Shown here: in pieces, positions 1-12,307 of the stretch
How positions within the stretch are numbered: the stretch's first letter is position 1
Layout of the letters: each line of letters begins with the position of its first letter
Assembly (NCBI RefSeq): GCF_001194135.2
Contig: NC_068981.1
Span: 87,724,049 to 87,788,048 of the forward strand
DNA from: Octopus bimaculoides
Taxonomy: Eukaryota
DNA: 64,000 nt
Reading direction: 5' to 3'
Program-made: the position numbers and the translations under genes
The notes under the pieces: generated by a model
Told to the model about the DNA's origin: nothing
Seen by the model: the letters and a program-made list of their open reading frames with translations, nothing else
Database searches by the model: none

Positions 1-166
1 ATGTATGTATATATATGTGTATATATACATGTGTATATATGTGTATATATATATGTATATAAATATGTATATAGATAGGGAGAGTTCACAAAAAAACAAC
101 AGCCGAAGACAGGTGATGTTGAAAACAAATAGATGTATTAGTATAACGCTCGTAAATTGAGAAAAT

Positions 167-202
167 CTTTAACGTTTCGAGCCTATGCTCTTCTACAGAA
201 AG
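167..202 (-). ncRNA. Minimal type-I hammerhead ribozyme remnant (Penelope-like), core mutated
   Basis: Minus strand reads CUUU-CUGUAGA-A-GAGC(AUAG)GCUC-GAAAC-GUU-AAAG. Stems I and II are intact, but CUGUAGA breaks the CUGANGA core. Confidence 0.55.
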
Positions 203-544
203 GAACACCGAAATAAACAAGGAGAGAAAAAAATGTGTGTAGTGGTCAGCGATCTATCATGGTGAATGCCAGACAAAAGGGTCACACAGGAGTGTTAAGA
301 AGAAGGGGAGATAACAAGTAGTAGTGATCCCATAGCGAAGGTGCGTGTGTGTGTGAGAGAATGCTGGTGATCTTAACGTATGTGTGTATGTAGGTGTGAA
401 AATGTGGGGATGGGAATTGGTCAGTGCTGGTGTATGCATGGTGGTGTGTTTTGATGTGATGCATTGTGTGGTATGGTGTAGCGTGGTGTGGTGTAATGGT
501 GTTGGGAGGTGGGGGAGGCGAGAGTGGGGTGTGGGTTATACATG

Positions 545-732
545 TGTATAGATATATATTTTTGTAGATATGTGTGTGTATATATTTATATATGTATTGA
601 TATATTTGTGTATGTGTATGTATGTATATATGTGTATATATATGTATGTATATACGTATATATACATATATGCATATGTATATACACGTATATGTATATA
701 TGTGTGTGTGTGTGTGTGTGTATGTCTATGTC
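545..732. repeat. Compound (TA)/(TG)/(TATG) microsatellite
   Basis: Read directly from the sequence; it explains the spurious ORFs at 509-850 and 570-755. Confidence 0.9.
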
Positions 733-2089
733 TGTATATTATTCAACGATGGTAGTGGTTGAATATATTAACTGTATGTACCATTTCGTCAATTGCAGCA
801 GCTTGCAAGCTTCACCCCTATTTCAGTTCTCAGCTAAATTGGAAACTTAATAGTTTTAAAGAGGACACCTCCTCAGCTCTTTGGCATAAATAGTTTGAGA
901 TTTGGTTCAGTAGTAAAAAAATTACATCAAAATATGTGAGACCTGAAGGTGGGCAGTAAGGCAGGTATTCATCTTCAATTAACATAAATTTTTTAATTTC
1001 AAAATGAAAGTATACTTTTCTTAGGCTTAAATGATAGAAAAATGCATGAGGAATTTGGAATTACTATTTGAATTGAACAAAAGTTAGTAGAAAAATGTTA
1101 TGAGGTAAAATATCATGAAATGTAAAATAATTGAGGAAGGGAGTAATACCCCAAGCAATAAGAATATGTTTCTAAAATGAATGTTTACTTTCTGAGGTGG
1201 TGAGTTGGCAGAAACGTTAGTGCACTGGGCGAAATGTTTAGTGGTATTTCATCTTTCTTTATGCTGAGGTCGACTTTGCCTTTTATCCATTTCAGATCTA
1301 TTCAGTTTAATGTATAGATTATTTAATGAATTTTTTTTAACTAAGCACTTTGAAACTCCCGATACTGGTAGACTGTGTCACATAGAAGAGGGTTTACTCT
1401 CGACGTTTTTGACAAAATTTTGTATTTTAGAAGCGGCGTTTCGTCTCTCTCTACATTCTGAGTTCAAATTCCGCCGAGGTCAACTCTGCCTTTAATCCAT
1501 TTCAGATCTATTCAATTTGATTACAGATTCTTTAATTAATTTTTTTTAACTAAACACTTTGAAACGTCCAGTACAGGTAGAATATATCACATAGAACAGG
1601 GTTTACTCAACATTTTTGACAAAATTTTGTATTTTAGAAGTTATTTCATCAGAAGTTACAGTGATAATGGACAAATTCATGTTTGATAAGTGCCAATTCA
1701 CAAAACTCTCAGCTTTTGACTTACTCTCTAATTTCTGCCGATGATATATATACATATTACATATTAGATGTATTTCTTACATCTTTAGCACCACAAACTT
1801 CTAACCTACTTGTGCAACTGTAATTTTCAAGGCTTCCCTCTGATTTTTACATATACATGCTCACTTTACTCAGCACTTGTCAACAATCCAAATAAAATTG
1901 CTATGCTTTATAAACAAAACATGCATTCTGACATTTATTTTTACATACACTTCATTCCACGTTACATGTGACATTATCTTCTAACACATAGCATTTGGAT
2001 ATGTTACAACTTTGAACCCATTACATTGGTGACTAACCCACAAAATTGGTGAGCACTTACTAAACAACCATTAAAACTAAGGACTTGCG

Positions 2090-3016
2090 TGCTGGAGCAT
2101 TGCTCTGACAAAAGACCCCTTTCATCAGTTTTCCTGGGCATTTGATGACTGCCTGAGCAAGTTGGCAGAGTACTTTCCATTGATTATGTGGCCCTTTTGA
2201 AGGGCCACATAATCAACAGACACAGCGCCCTTTGCGTCCCAAATAACTGAGGCCATCAACTTCCCTGCAGATGAAATGACCTTGGTCTTCTTTTGAGCAG
2301 GTGAGGAGGGGTGTTTCCACTGCATTGATTGTCTTTGGCTCAAAGTGATGAACCCAATACTCATCCTGGCTTAGGAAATATTCAAGTAAACCAGCTGTAT
2401 CTGCCTAAAACAATGTCAGATTTTCACATGTGATCAGCCTGGTGTGCTTTTGATCAGGTGTCAGAAGACATGGCACCCACCAAGCATAAGCCTTCGTCAT
2501 TCCAAATTCATTGTGCAGAATATTCTCAACTCTCTCACGGGATATGCTAATAACATTGGCTATTTGTTTTATAGTCAATCACCTGTCATCCATCATCATG
2601 TGATGAACATGATCACTGTTTTCCTTGGTGGTGGAAGTTGCAAGACATCCAGACCTTGCGTCATCTCCAAGACATTCCCTTCTCCTCCTAAATTCAGCTA
2701 CTGACTTTTGCACTGTTGATAAAGCTGGAGCATCATCCCCCAATGTAGCAACCATGTCAGCATAAATGTCATGGGGGGGGGGGGGCTAAACTGTTTTTCT
2801 GCAGGTACTTGATAACAGAACAATGCCAAACTTTGCCAATTTTGAAGAGAAGTCACTACTAGTTACTTTTGAAGTGTTCTTTGAACAGTCAGATGTGAGT
2901 TTTCCTAGAAAGAAACTGTACAGTTATTAATAAGAAGTGTTGAAATGAATGCATGCAAGGGTTGAAGGCATCACTCTTTCATAGTCAGCCTATGAACTTT
3001 TCAGCCCATCTTCATA
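2090..3016 (-). mobile_element. Degenerate mariner-family DNA transposon
   Basis: ORF 2125-2364 (KTKVISSAGKLMASVIWDAKG...QKGHIINGKY) is mariner catalytic-domain-like. Mariner-type TIR (tcagcctatgaacttttcagccc...) followed by TA at about 2985-3016. Confidence 0.75.
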
Positions 3017-3269
3017 CATATACACATGGCTGAAGGCATTGGAAAGAGGTGATTGGTAGTAATAGTGTCCACAGGGATATTGAGGAATAGAAGTGGTTCT
3101 AGGAGACAGGGGTTAGGAGGTGGACAGAAAGGAGGGGATGTTATATGTGCAATTCTGCTCTCAAGTGATTTTGGCAGCTGAGTAGTACCATAGATGGGGG
3201 AGTGATAGGCGTTAAGGATGAAAATTGTGGTGAATTAATGAAGTGTCAGTGAGAAAGCAGGGCCAGGGC

Positions 3270-4130
3270 CCAGCATGTATGAGCATAACCAAGTGGTTTT
3301 AGGGTACCATTTTTTGCTGTAATGGACAAGCCTTCTTAAACACAGCAAAACAATCTTTTGCCATCTTCTCTGTTAGGCTCAGCATCTTGAGATCAGCCTT
3401 CAGTACCTCGTCCTTTGTCTTCCTGGGCCGCCCTCTTTCACAAGTTCAATCTGCTTTTAAGCAGTCAGCACTTTTTTACGCAACTTCTTATCCATAAACA
3501 TCACATGACCAAACTAGCGCAATATTCTCTCTTGCACACTACATCTGATTCCTCTTTGGCCTTACTTTTCACCCAATACATGAGCATTTTGTCATACGTG
3601 CACACTAACATTGCAAATCCAATGGAGCATATTAGCCTTGTTCCTCTTGTCTTCACATGTTCTTTGCTAATAGGGCCCACATCTCACTACCATGTAGCAT
3701 CGCTGTACATGCACAAACATCATATGATCTGCCTTTCACTCAGAAAGAAAGTCCTTTTGTTGCGAGTCAGATGTAAAAGCTCTCTGACTTTCTCTATCCT
3801 ATTCTTGTTGTAGCAACTACACTTTCAAGTCATTCTCCTTCACTGCTAATTAGGTCACATAGGCAACAGAAACTATTTACTACCTTGATGGAACCTCCAA
3901 GGCATTTAAGAGAATCAATTTCCCATGTATAGTTGGTCTTTATGGCACCTATGCATCTTCTATACATAAATACTATTTTCTCTGTTAACCTTCCTGTGAT
4001 TCTGCTGCACCTCTTTTGTGTCCATAGCTTGTACTGAACACACTGTATTGAATTCTTGCCTACACCACTCCTACATATCGAGCAGAGCCATTTACCTGAA
4101 GGGGCTTAGGGTTTTACCTGTTTTCCATCT
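3270..4130 (-). mobile_element. RTE-clade LINE, 3' fragment, degenerate
   Basis: Minus-strand translation gives PSGKWLCSICRSGVGKNSIQCVQYKLWTQKRCSRITGRL, a Cys-rich segment typical of invertebrate RTE-type ORFs, followed by decayed post-RT sequence with stops. Confidence 0.65.
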
Positions 4131-4169
4131 TACTAGAACCCCTCTCAACAAATCTTGAGTGAGGAATTT

Positions 4170-4830
4170 CAAATGAAAAAAAGTTGCAGCAAAATCAGTC
4201 ACGACTGAATACATGTTGTGTACTGAAAGAACAGTTGGAAGTTGATTGGAACCCTTTTTCAAAGGTCATCACTGGTGATAAAAGCTGGTGTTACAGCTAC
4301 AACGCAGAAACGAAGCAGCCAGAAGCTAATGGGAGCATTCAATGTCACCATGCTCCCAAAAAGTGCATCAAGCGAAGTCCAATGTCAAGACGATGCTGAC
4401 TTGTTTCAGTGATGTGAAAGGAATAGTCCACCCAGTATTTGTTCCTCCTGGTCAAACTGTTAACCAGATGTTTTACTTGGCAGTTCTGAAGCATTTGCAA
4501 GACATGGCGAAACAAAAACGCCCTGACCAGTGCAAAGTGGAAAGTGGTGGTTTTATTACAACAGTGCACCTTAGCACACCACCTTGAGTGTGAAACACTT
4601 TTTGACCCAGAATACCATGACCCCATTTACCCACGCTCCATATTCACTTGATTTTGCTCCCTGAAACTTTTTTGTTCCTCCAAATGAAAAAAGTCCTTAA
4701 AGGAAAATGTTTTGCAGATGTGGAAGAGGTGAAGAGAAAAACAACAGAAGCGTTAAAAGGCATCACTTTGCAAGAGTTCTAAGACTGATTCAAACAGTGG
4801 AAAACGCTTCTGGACTGATGCATTGCTTCT
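4170..4830 (+). mobile_element. Degenerate mariner transposase (DD34D) relic
   Basis: Frameshifted segments VITGDKSWCYSYNAETKQ, KSNVKTMLTCFSDVKGIVHPVFVPPGQTVNQMFY and PYSLDFAP correspond to the mariner TGDEKW and YSPDLAP motifs. Confidence 0.85.
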
Positions 4831-4905
4831 CTTCTGTTGACTATATCTATAGATAGGGATATAAATAGATAGATGTGTGTATGTGCATGTTTGTTTTTAT
4901 ATATA

Positions 4906-5300
4906 GGCACAGGCAAGGCTGTGTAGTAAGAAGCTTGCTTCCCAAGTACATGGTTCTGGGTTCAGCCCCACTATGTGACACCTTTAGCAACTATCTTCCA
5001 CTATAGCTTTGGGCCAGCCAAAGCCTTGTGAGTAGATTTGGTAGATGAAAACTGAGAGAAGCCTGTTGTGTGTGTATGAATATGTATGTATATATCTGTG
5101 TGTCTCTGTATTTGTTCTCCACTACTGCTTGACAAACTGTTAGTTTATGTCATAACTTAGCAGTTTGGCAAAAGGGACCAATAGAATTAGTACCAGGCTT
5201 AAAAATAAATAAGTACTGGAGTTGATTTGTTTGACTAAAAGCCCTTTAAGGTGGTACCCCAGCATGGCCACAGTACAATGACTGAAACAAGTAGAATATA
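4906..5300 (+). mobile_element. tRNA-derived SINE, family A
   Basis: tRNA-like head (ggctgtgtagtaag...ggttcag), internal microsatellite, and the shared tail ...cagcatggccacag...gactgaaacaagta. Similar copies at 9735-10657, 45972-46350 and 47375-47705. Confidence 0.75.
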
Positions 5301-6143
5301 AAGATGTATATGCTCTCCTTCTTTTGTATATGAGTTAATGTCCACTGTGTCTTTAAATGACTTTGTAAAGATGTAAACTTGTAAAATAATGCAAAATAAA
5401 ATAGAAGCAGCAAAGTAAATTAAACATTTATCAGAAATCGGGGAATAACTTTAACCCTTTAGTGTTTAAACTGGCTGTATCCAGCCCAAATATTCTACAC
5501 ATTTTATGCTCAAACTGGCCAGAACCAGCATCTCACACCTACCCTGCAATGTCATTCTAAAAATAAGCAATTACATCTTTCCTATCTTGAAGCTACAAAA
5601 TAATATCAGATAAATTTTTTTTAATGTGAATAAATAAGGATTACTTTTGACAAATTAATCTGAACACTAAAGAGTTAAAATATTTAATAAATGGGTTTAT
5701 TAGGAAAATTGAATTTTATCAAACAGTGAAATGCAGTGCTGTTGCTAATATGACATTACCCGGTTGTGTTTGTAATAATTCACCTAAGCTGGCTGTATTG
5801 AAATAGTTTAGAGATGGCTCTGGTGGACTACCTCAGCAGTGTTTTAATGACACATATGAATGTTGATTGTAATGTGACAGTACAGGTAGTTGAAATCTCA
5901 GTAGTGGCTGTAATGACATGACTTAGTTTTGATTCCTGTGAAATAGTTTGGTGAGGGTTGTAATGACACAGACAAGTATTGGTTATAATGATACAGTTAA
6001 GTTACAGTTGTAATGAAATATCTCTCTGTTTATAGTAACAAAATCTTAGAAGTCTTTGTAATGACACAACCCAGTGGTGGTTGTAATGAAAAAGCTTGGT
6101 AATAGTGGCAATGATAAAACTTTAGTGATTTTAAAGAAATGGA

Positions 6144-7860
6144 TCAAGCTTTCATATATACACTGTTGGTTGTATTGAAATAGCTAAGTGGTGGCTGCAG
6201 TGACCACAATAGAGATGTGGTTGTCACCTGATCCAATAATTTGATACCCCTGTAGTTATTTCTATCTAAAGCATCACCTTTACCTTTGTAGCAGTTGTCT
6301 ATGGTGCTGCTACACCAGTCATTGGGTATGACTCCTTCATGAACTACCTGATTTATGATGCAGGTGACAAGACCATAACTCACACCGCCTGATATTTTAA
6401 GCATCTCAGTGGTGATTCCTGATGGGCCAAGTACTTTCCCTGTCTTCATATCCTTAATTGCTTTATCTGCCAGGGTGTACTGTCAATTCAGGTAGCTGGT
6501 GCCTCAATTGGGTTGACCTTTGGCAGACCCTCCTTCTCCTATTCATTCTCCACATTCAGCAGTCTTTCATAATGGCATCTCCAAGCCCCTTTCTTTGCAG
6601 AATCATTAAACGCAAGGGCACCATCATCCATTCGGACACAGTTCTCTCCTATGACATCACGATCTTCTCTCACTGTCTTGCAATCCAGAATACTTCAGTT
6701 CTTTGGTCCTCACATTGGCAAACTTCATCTTTGGTCCTGAACATTGGCAAACTTCATCTTTTCTGCTACTCCCTTGGCTATATGTACCTGTCTCCTAGCT
6801 TCCCTTCTGGCTGTCTAATATAGTCCCGTGCTACCCCCACTCTTCCAGACCTGTTTCTTTGCTCTAATGGCCCTCTCTACAGTATTGTTCCACCGCCATG
6901 TTACCCTAGTCCGGAAGAGACTTTGCATCAGCCACAGATTTTGTCTGTAGCACTCAGCAAGCTGTCTCACAGGAATTCCCAGCTGCCTTCTATGTCATAA
7001 GGCTGTAGCTCCTCCTCCCTCTCATCAAATTTCTCAGTAAGGACACCCTTAAATCTCTGACCATGTCAGAGGTTCTTAAGCTTCTAAGTCCTTTTCCAGA
7101 TTGGTCTGCATTTTGGCATCGTTCTGGCCTAAAGTCTGAAGTCACTNNNNNNNNNNGGGGGGGGGGGTACATTCTTCACCAGGGAGGGTCTTTGTATTTA
7201 GGAGCAACTATGCATCCTGCTATCTAGTGAGAATGAAATCAATCTGGCTAGCAGAGTCACCTGATTGATTGGTTATCAGATGGTTGGCTGGCTGGCTGGC
7301 TGGCTGGTTTCCTGAAGTTGATGTTGCAGATTAATAGGTTCCCTCTTCATTTCTGGTACCAATTCCATGGCCCCCCCATGTACACCATAAAAGATACTAG
7401 GTCGCTGTCTGATATGCCCATTAAAATCTCCAGCCGCAAAGATGAGATCATTGTCACTTGTCTTTGGGGTAGCCTGCAGAAGAATATCATAGAAGTGATT
7501 CTTCTGTTCATTTGGTAAGCCCGCTTGTGGGGCATAGGCAGAGATAATTGTGGCTATACCATTCTTCAAGACTAGCCTGAGTTTAAGTACTCTAATGCAC
7601 ACCTTGACTACTTCTATGACCTTATCCACCCATTTCTCTGCAAGAAGTATGCCCATGCCCCCTATCCCATCACTGTTACCTTCCCAGATGAGTTTATACC
7701 TATGTGCTTTGCGTGTGAAGACTCTGACTAAATCTCCTCTCCACCTTACCTCTTGTATGCAACATATGTCAACACATCTCCGTTCAAGCATCCGTACAAT
7801 CTCATTAGCCCTGCCTTTCAATGTGCCAACATTTAGAGCGCCAACTCTGAAAACTGAGAA
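6144..7860 (-). mobile_element. RTE-clade LINE fragment (APE endonuclease through the start of RT)
   Basis: Endonuclease motifs RVGALNVGTLKG, DICCIQEVRWRG, ISAYAPQ and GDFNGH. RT start GPSGITTEMLK...IPNDW...YKGKGD...NYRGIKLL. Frameshifted and truncated. Confidence 0.9.
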
Positions 7861-7876
7861 GGATATATATATATAT

Positions 7877-8041
7877 ATCATCATCATCATCATCATCGTT
7901 TAACGTCCGCTTTCCATGCTAGCATGGGTTGGACGACTTGACTGAGGACTGGTGAAACCGGATGGCAACACCAGGCTCCAATCTAAATTTGGCAGAGTTT
8001 CTACAGCTGGATGCCCTTCCTAACGCCAACCACTCAGAGAG
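7877..8041 (-). mobile_element. (GAT)n-tailed SINE-like repeat, family B, 5'-truncated
   Basis: Near-identical to 9947-10360, 33456-33697, 55783-55995 and 63712-64000. (ATC)n on the + strand. Flanked by (TA)n on both sides. Confidence 0.8.
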
Positions 8042-9946
8042 TATATATATATATATATATGTATAATCTGCTTTATAAGGCAGTCAGAAATTAAACTGTT
8101 ATTCTAGTGGATAGCTTAATCTGCATATTTATACTTTTAATAATTTTCATTAATCAAATAATATATATTTTATGGCACAACATAGTGTAATCAGAAGAAC
8201 TGAAAGAAATTGAAATATCAGAAAGCTTCAAGAATGTTCCTTCTAATTTTTTAATGTGTGAGAAAAAGAGAATCTTTGTGATAGGTCGTTTGCATGTGAT
8301 TTACTTCCCCAGTCAAGGGCACATAATATTCAACTGCTCTATAAACATAAGTTCAGCATTTACATGTCTGATGATGGGGAAATATTACTTTACTTGGAAA
8401 CGGGTGAGGTTTGGTGACAGGAAAGGCATCTGGCTGTTAAAATTCCATCTCAACAAATGCTATCCAACCCATGCAAGAATGGAAAAGTGGATGTTTGGTG
8501 ATAATCATAATGATGATTGTTCAATGCATTTGATAAATATAAAAGGAAAGTCAGTATTCATGTCCATGAACATATTGAATATTTGAGGTTGATGGATGGT
8601 GACATTCAATTTGACTTCATTTTGCTCTTAATTGATTACTTCAAACTTCACTGATTTCCTTTTTCTTATTCTTACTCATTTCTCAGATGGAATTGACTAC
8701 TTGCTTTCTGATCAGAACTTTACATGAAATATAATCATTTACACATCCATTTTTTCCATAGTCATGTAAGAAATATATTTTCTAAATAAAAGCCAACCCC
8801 AAATATTTGTTTCGTTTCAGCATTTTGCTATGCAGCATCTTAACTTTCTTTGTCTCTGAAAATTGCATAGATGACGCCAACAGGACAACCTGAATCCGTG
8901 AGTTTTGTTTTCTTTGCTAATTATTGTTTTATGTTTTGTGTAATGGAACCAAATTAATTTTAACTGTTTTGTTACCGTATCTCTATTGAAATACACTGCC
9001 TTTGTTTAAATTTAATTTTAAAGATAATGAATTTGGTAAAATAACTACAATATTAATCTGGTGTTTGGAACATAAAACAACTGAAAATTTTTGATGCAAA
9101 TTTTAATTTAGATCACTTTAAAACTGTAAGTTTGTATCATAGTACCTGTGGTGGTCTCAAGTGTGTTGGTATCATAAGGGTGAAGCAAAATTATATAGTT
9201 CTAAGCTAATCATCGTCATCATTATCATTTAACATCTGTTTTCCATGCTAGCATGGGTTGGACGGTTTGACCAGAGCTGGGAAGCTGCACCAGGCTCTAG
9301 TCTGATTCAGAATGTTTTTTACAACTGGATACCCTTTCTAATGCCAACCACTTTACAGTGTGTTCTGGATGCTTTTACATAGCATTGCATGAGTGCTTTC
9401 ATGTGGCACTAGCACAAGTGGTTTTTATGTGGCACCGGCACAAGACTCTTGTGGGTCAATCCTCTTCACCATGTTGGAGTGGCCTTAACACTTCTACTGT
9501 GGAGTACAGGTCTTCTTGAGCACAGCAAGGTGCCAGGTATCCCAGTCCTTCATCATCTCATCTGAAAGGGTCAGTGTCCTGAGGTCATCCTTCTGTACTT
9601 CATCTTTTGATAAGGATATTTTTCTAAAATTGATAAAACTATAGGTCAAAAGATTTTCACAACAAAACAGCAAAGATAATATTAAAAATGTACCACTGTG
9701 TATCATATTGTGTGTGTATGTATGCATATATATCTTTTACTTGTTTCAGTCATTTGATTGTGGCCCTGCTTTGGCACTGCCTTGAAGCATTTTAAACAAA
9801 CAAATCGACCCCAGGACTTATTTTATTTAAACCTGGTACTTATTTTATCAGTCTCTTTTACCAAACCTTTATGTTATGGGGACATAAAAACACACACACA
9901 TAGTTATACATACATACATGCATATATATATATATATATATATATA

Positions 9947-10360
9947 TCATCATCATCATCATCATCATCATCCGCTTTCCATGCTAGCATGGGTTGGCCG
10001 ATTTGACTGAGGACTGGTGAAACCGGATGGCAACACCAGGCTCCAATCTAATTTGGCAGAGTTTCTACAGCTGGATGCCCTTCCTAACGCCAACCACTCA
10101 GAGAGTGTAGTGGGTGCTTTTACGTGTCACCCGCACGAAAACGGCCACACTCGAAATGGTGTCTTTTATGTGCTACCCGCACAAGCCAGTCCAGGGGCAC
10201 TGGCAACGATCTCACTCGAAAATCCTACGGGAGCCAGTCAGGCGGTACTGGCAACGGCCACGCTCAAAATGGTGCATCTCATGTGCCACCCGCACAAGAG
10301 CCAGTCCAGGGGCACTGGCAACGATCTTACTTGGCTTGCCGGGTCTTCTCACGCACAGCA
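9947..10360 (-). mobile_element. (GAT)n-tailed SINE-like repeat, family B, long copy nested in a family-A SINE
   Basis: Conserved core ggaagggcatccagctgtagaaac on the minus strand, with modular 5' hairpin repeats. It interrupts a family-A SINE whose tail is at about 9735-9900 and whose head is at about 10500-10657. Confidence 0.8.
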
Positions 10361-11599
10361 CATATATTTCAAAATAAGCTTAAAGGGATATATTATCCTG
10401 GAGGTAACTGTGTTTCCTTTCAAGTCGGTTTCAGATGCCAGCTAACCACAATGGTGCTTCTACTATATGTATGTATACACTCACACACACACACATACAC
10501 ACATGACAGACTTCTTTCAGTTCTTTCTACCAAATCTACTCACAAAGCTTTGGTCGGCCCAAGACTATGATAGAAGCTACTGGCCCAAGGTGTCTCTCAT
10601 TGGGACTGAACCTGGAACCATGTGGTTGGAAAGCAAGCTTCTTACCACACAGCCAATAAAGGATGAAAATTTTTTTTTCTCTTTTTTTCTTTTTCCTTTT
10701 TCTCCCTCTCTATTTCTCTTTCTTTTCTTTCCTTCGTTTCAATCCCTTAATGTGTTGATTAATGTATTACCATGTATATTTACTTCGAAATAGCATTCTC
10801 TATTTACTCTCTCAACTATAACCGAAATGAGAGGATCAGTATGCATTATATGCTCTTTGTGTGAAAAATCCTAAATGAAGAAATCCAGGCAAATACATCT
10901 GTCAGCACTCCTTGCATTCTTTCTTCCTTTAGTTACTTTCAAATTTCTATTAGCTTATCTACATACAGCACTTCCATTGATTATAGTAGTGAATATGTAG
11001 AAGTAAATTCCATTGTTTCTCTATATTCACTGAATTAGAATACTTTTAAACTTGACATATTGACCTGTTAGCGGCTGTGGCATTGGCAAGTTCATACTAA
11101 ATCAAAGAAAGTAATTTGATATGTCAGCTATCTACAATCTTCATCCACTGAATTATCTTGATGGGAGAATACTTAATGTTTAAAGCTCTGATACTATGCA
11201 GCCTCACCTCCACCACAGTTTATGTTTGTTGAAAAATCTACTGACTTCTGACGAGAATCTATTTCATTAATTGATTAATCCATCAATTATGCATACAAAC
11301 CAATGTATAACAATGAAATGGTTCTTTTAGCTGTTGGAAATGATTGCAACTTTGAATAAAGTTATGCAACAACAACATCTTAATATTTTAGTCTCTTTGA
11401 TATTGCTATGTATATATTCTTTTATTTGTTTCAGTCATAGTTGAATGAATCAACCCCAGTACTTTTTTTTAAAGCCTGGTACTTTATCAATCACTTTTGT
11501 TGAACTGCTATGTTATGGGGAGTATAAACATACCAACACCTGTTGTCAAGTGGTGGTGGGAGACAGGCACAAACACACACACACACACACACATATATA

Positions 11600-12307
11600 C
11601 AGTGCCGTGCAAAAGTCTTCAACCACTTTAAACTGTTGTAAATTTCTACTAATTGCCAACTTATCAGTGGATGTTTCATATTGCATGTTTTACAGATGAA
11701 ACATTGGCCCTTTTGGAGTCATTTCCATACTTAATAATTTTTTGTAGTAGGGGTTCTGAACAAGAGGGGAAGATGCGAGATGATGACTAAAAATAGCCAT
11801 ACAAAAGTTTTCGGCCATTTCACATAAACCAATCAAGATAGTGTTTTAAAACAGAAAAATGTCTATAATTAAAATTTATTACATAATGTTCATTTCAAGA
11901 GGTCACTGTACATTGTTAATATTTCATATGGCTTCTCTTAGCTTGAGTAATTGCTTCAATGCACTTGGGAAGAGATGTGTACAAATCCTTCATCTTCACA
12001 GGTATGAGATGCTATTCTCTGTGACTGAGCTCCCACAAATCTTCAAGATTGCATGGATTCTTCTGACGAACTCTTCTCTTTGGTTTTGTCCACATTTTCT
12101 CAATGCTATTTAAGTCAGGGCTCTGAGCTGACCAGTCTTGCAATATGGTAACACCTTCATTGGCCAGACTGTTGTGTTGCATGCAATCTGTAGCATGGAG
12201 CTCTGTCATGCTGAAAAATCTCACCTTCATCCAAGTCTGGTATAAAATTGTTGTTCAGCAACTGGATTTATTTGGCACTATTCAAGTTGCTGTCAATTTT
12301 AACCAAC
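11600..12307 (-). mobile_element. Tc1-like DNA transposon relic
   Basis: TA followed by a Tc1-type TIR start CAGTGCCGTGCAAAAGT at 11598-11616. ORF 12012-12230 QDWSAQSPDLNSIEKMW matches the Tc1 WPAQSPDLNPIE motif. The other end is interrupted by a SINE. Confidence 0.85.

Noticed and set aside
257-850. His/Thr- and Tyr/Val/Cys-rich ORFs (also 23358-23686 and 56338-56790)
   Set aside because: Translations of (CA)/(TA)/(TG) microsatellites.
10017-10570. Overlapping ORFs of 87-148 aa
   Set aside because: Chance open frames in the GC-rich family-B repeat; the same peptide text recurs wherever the repeat occurs.
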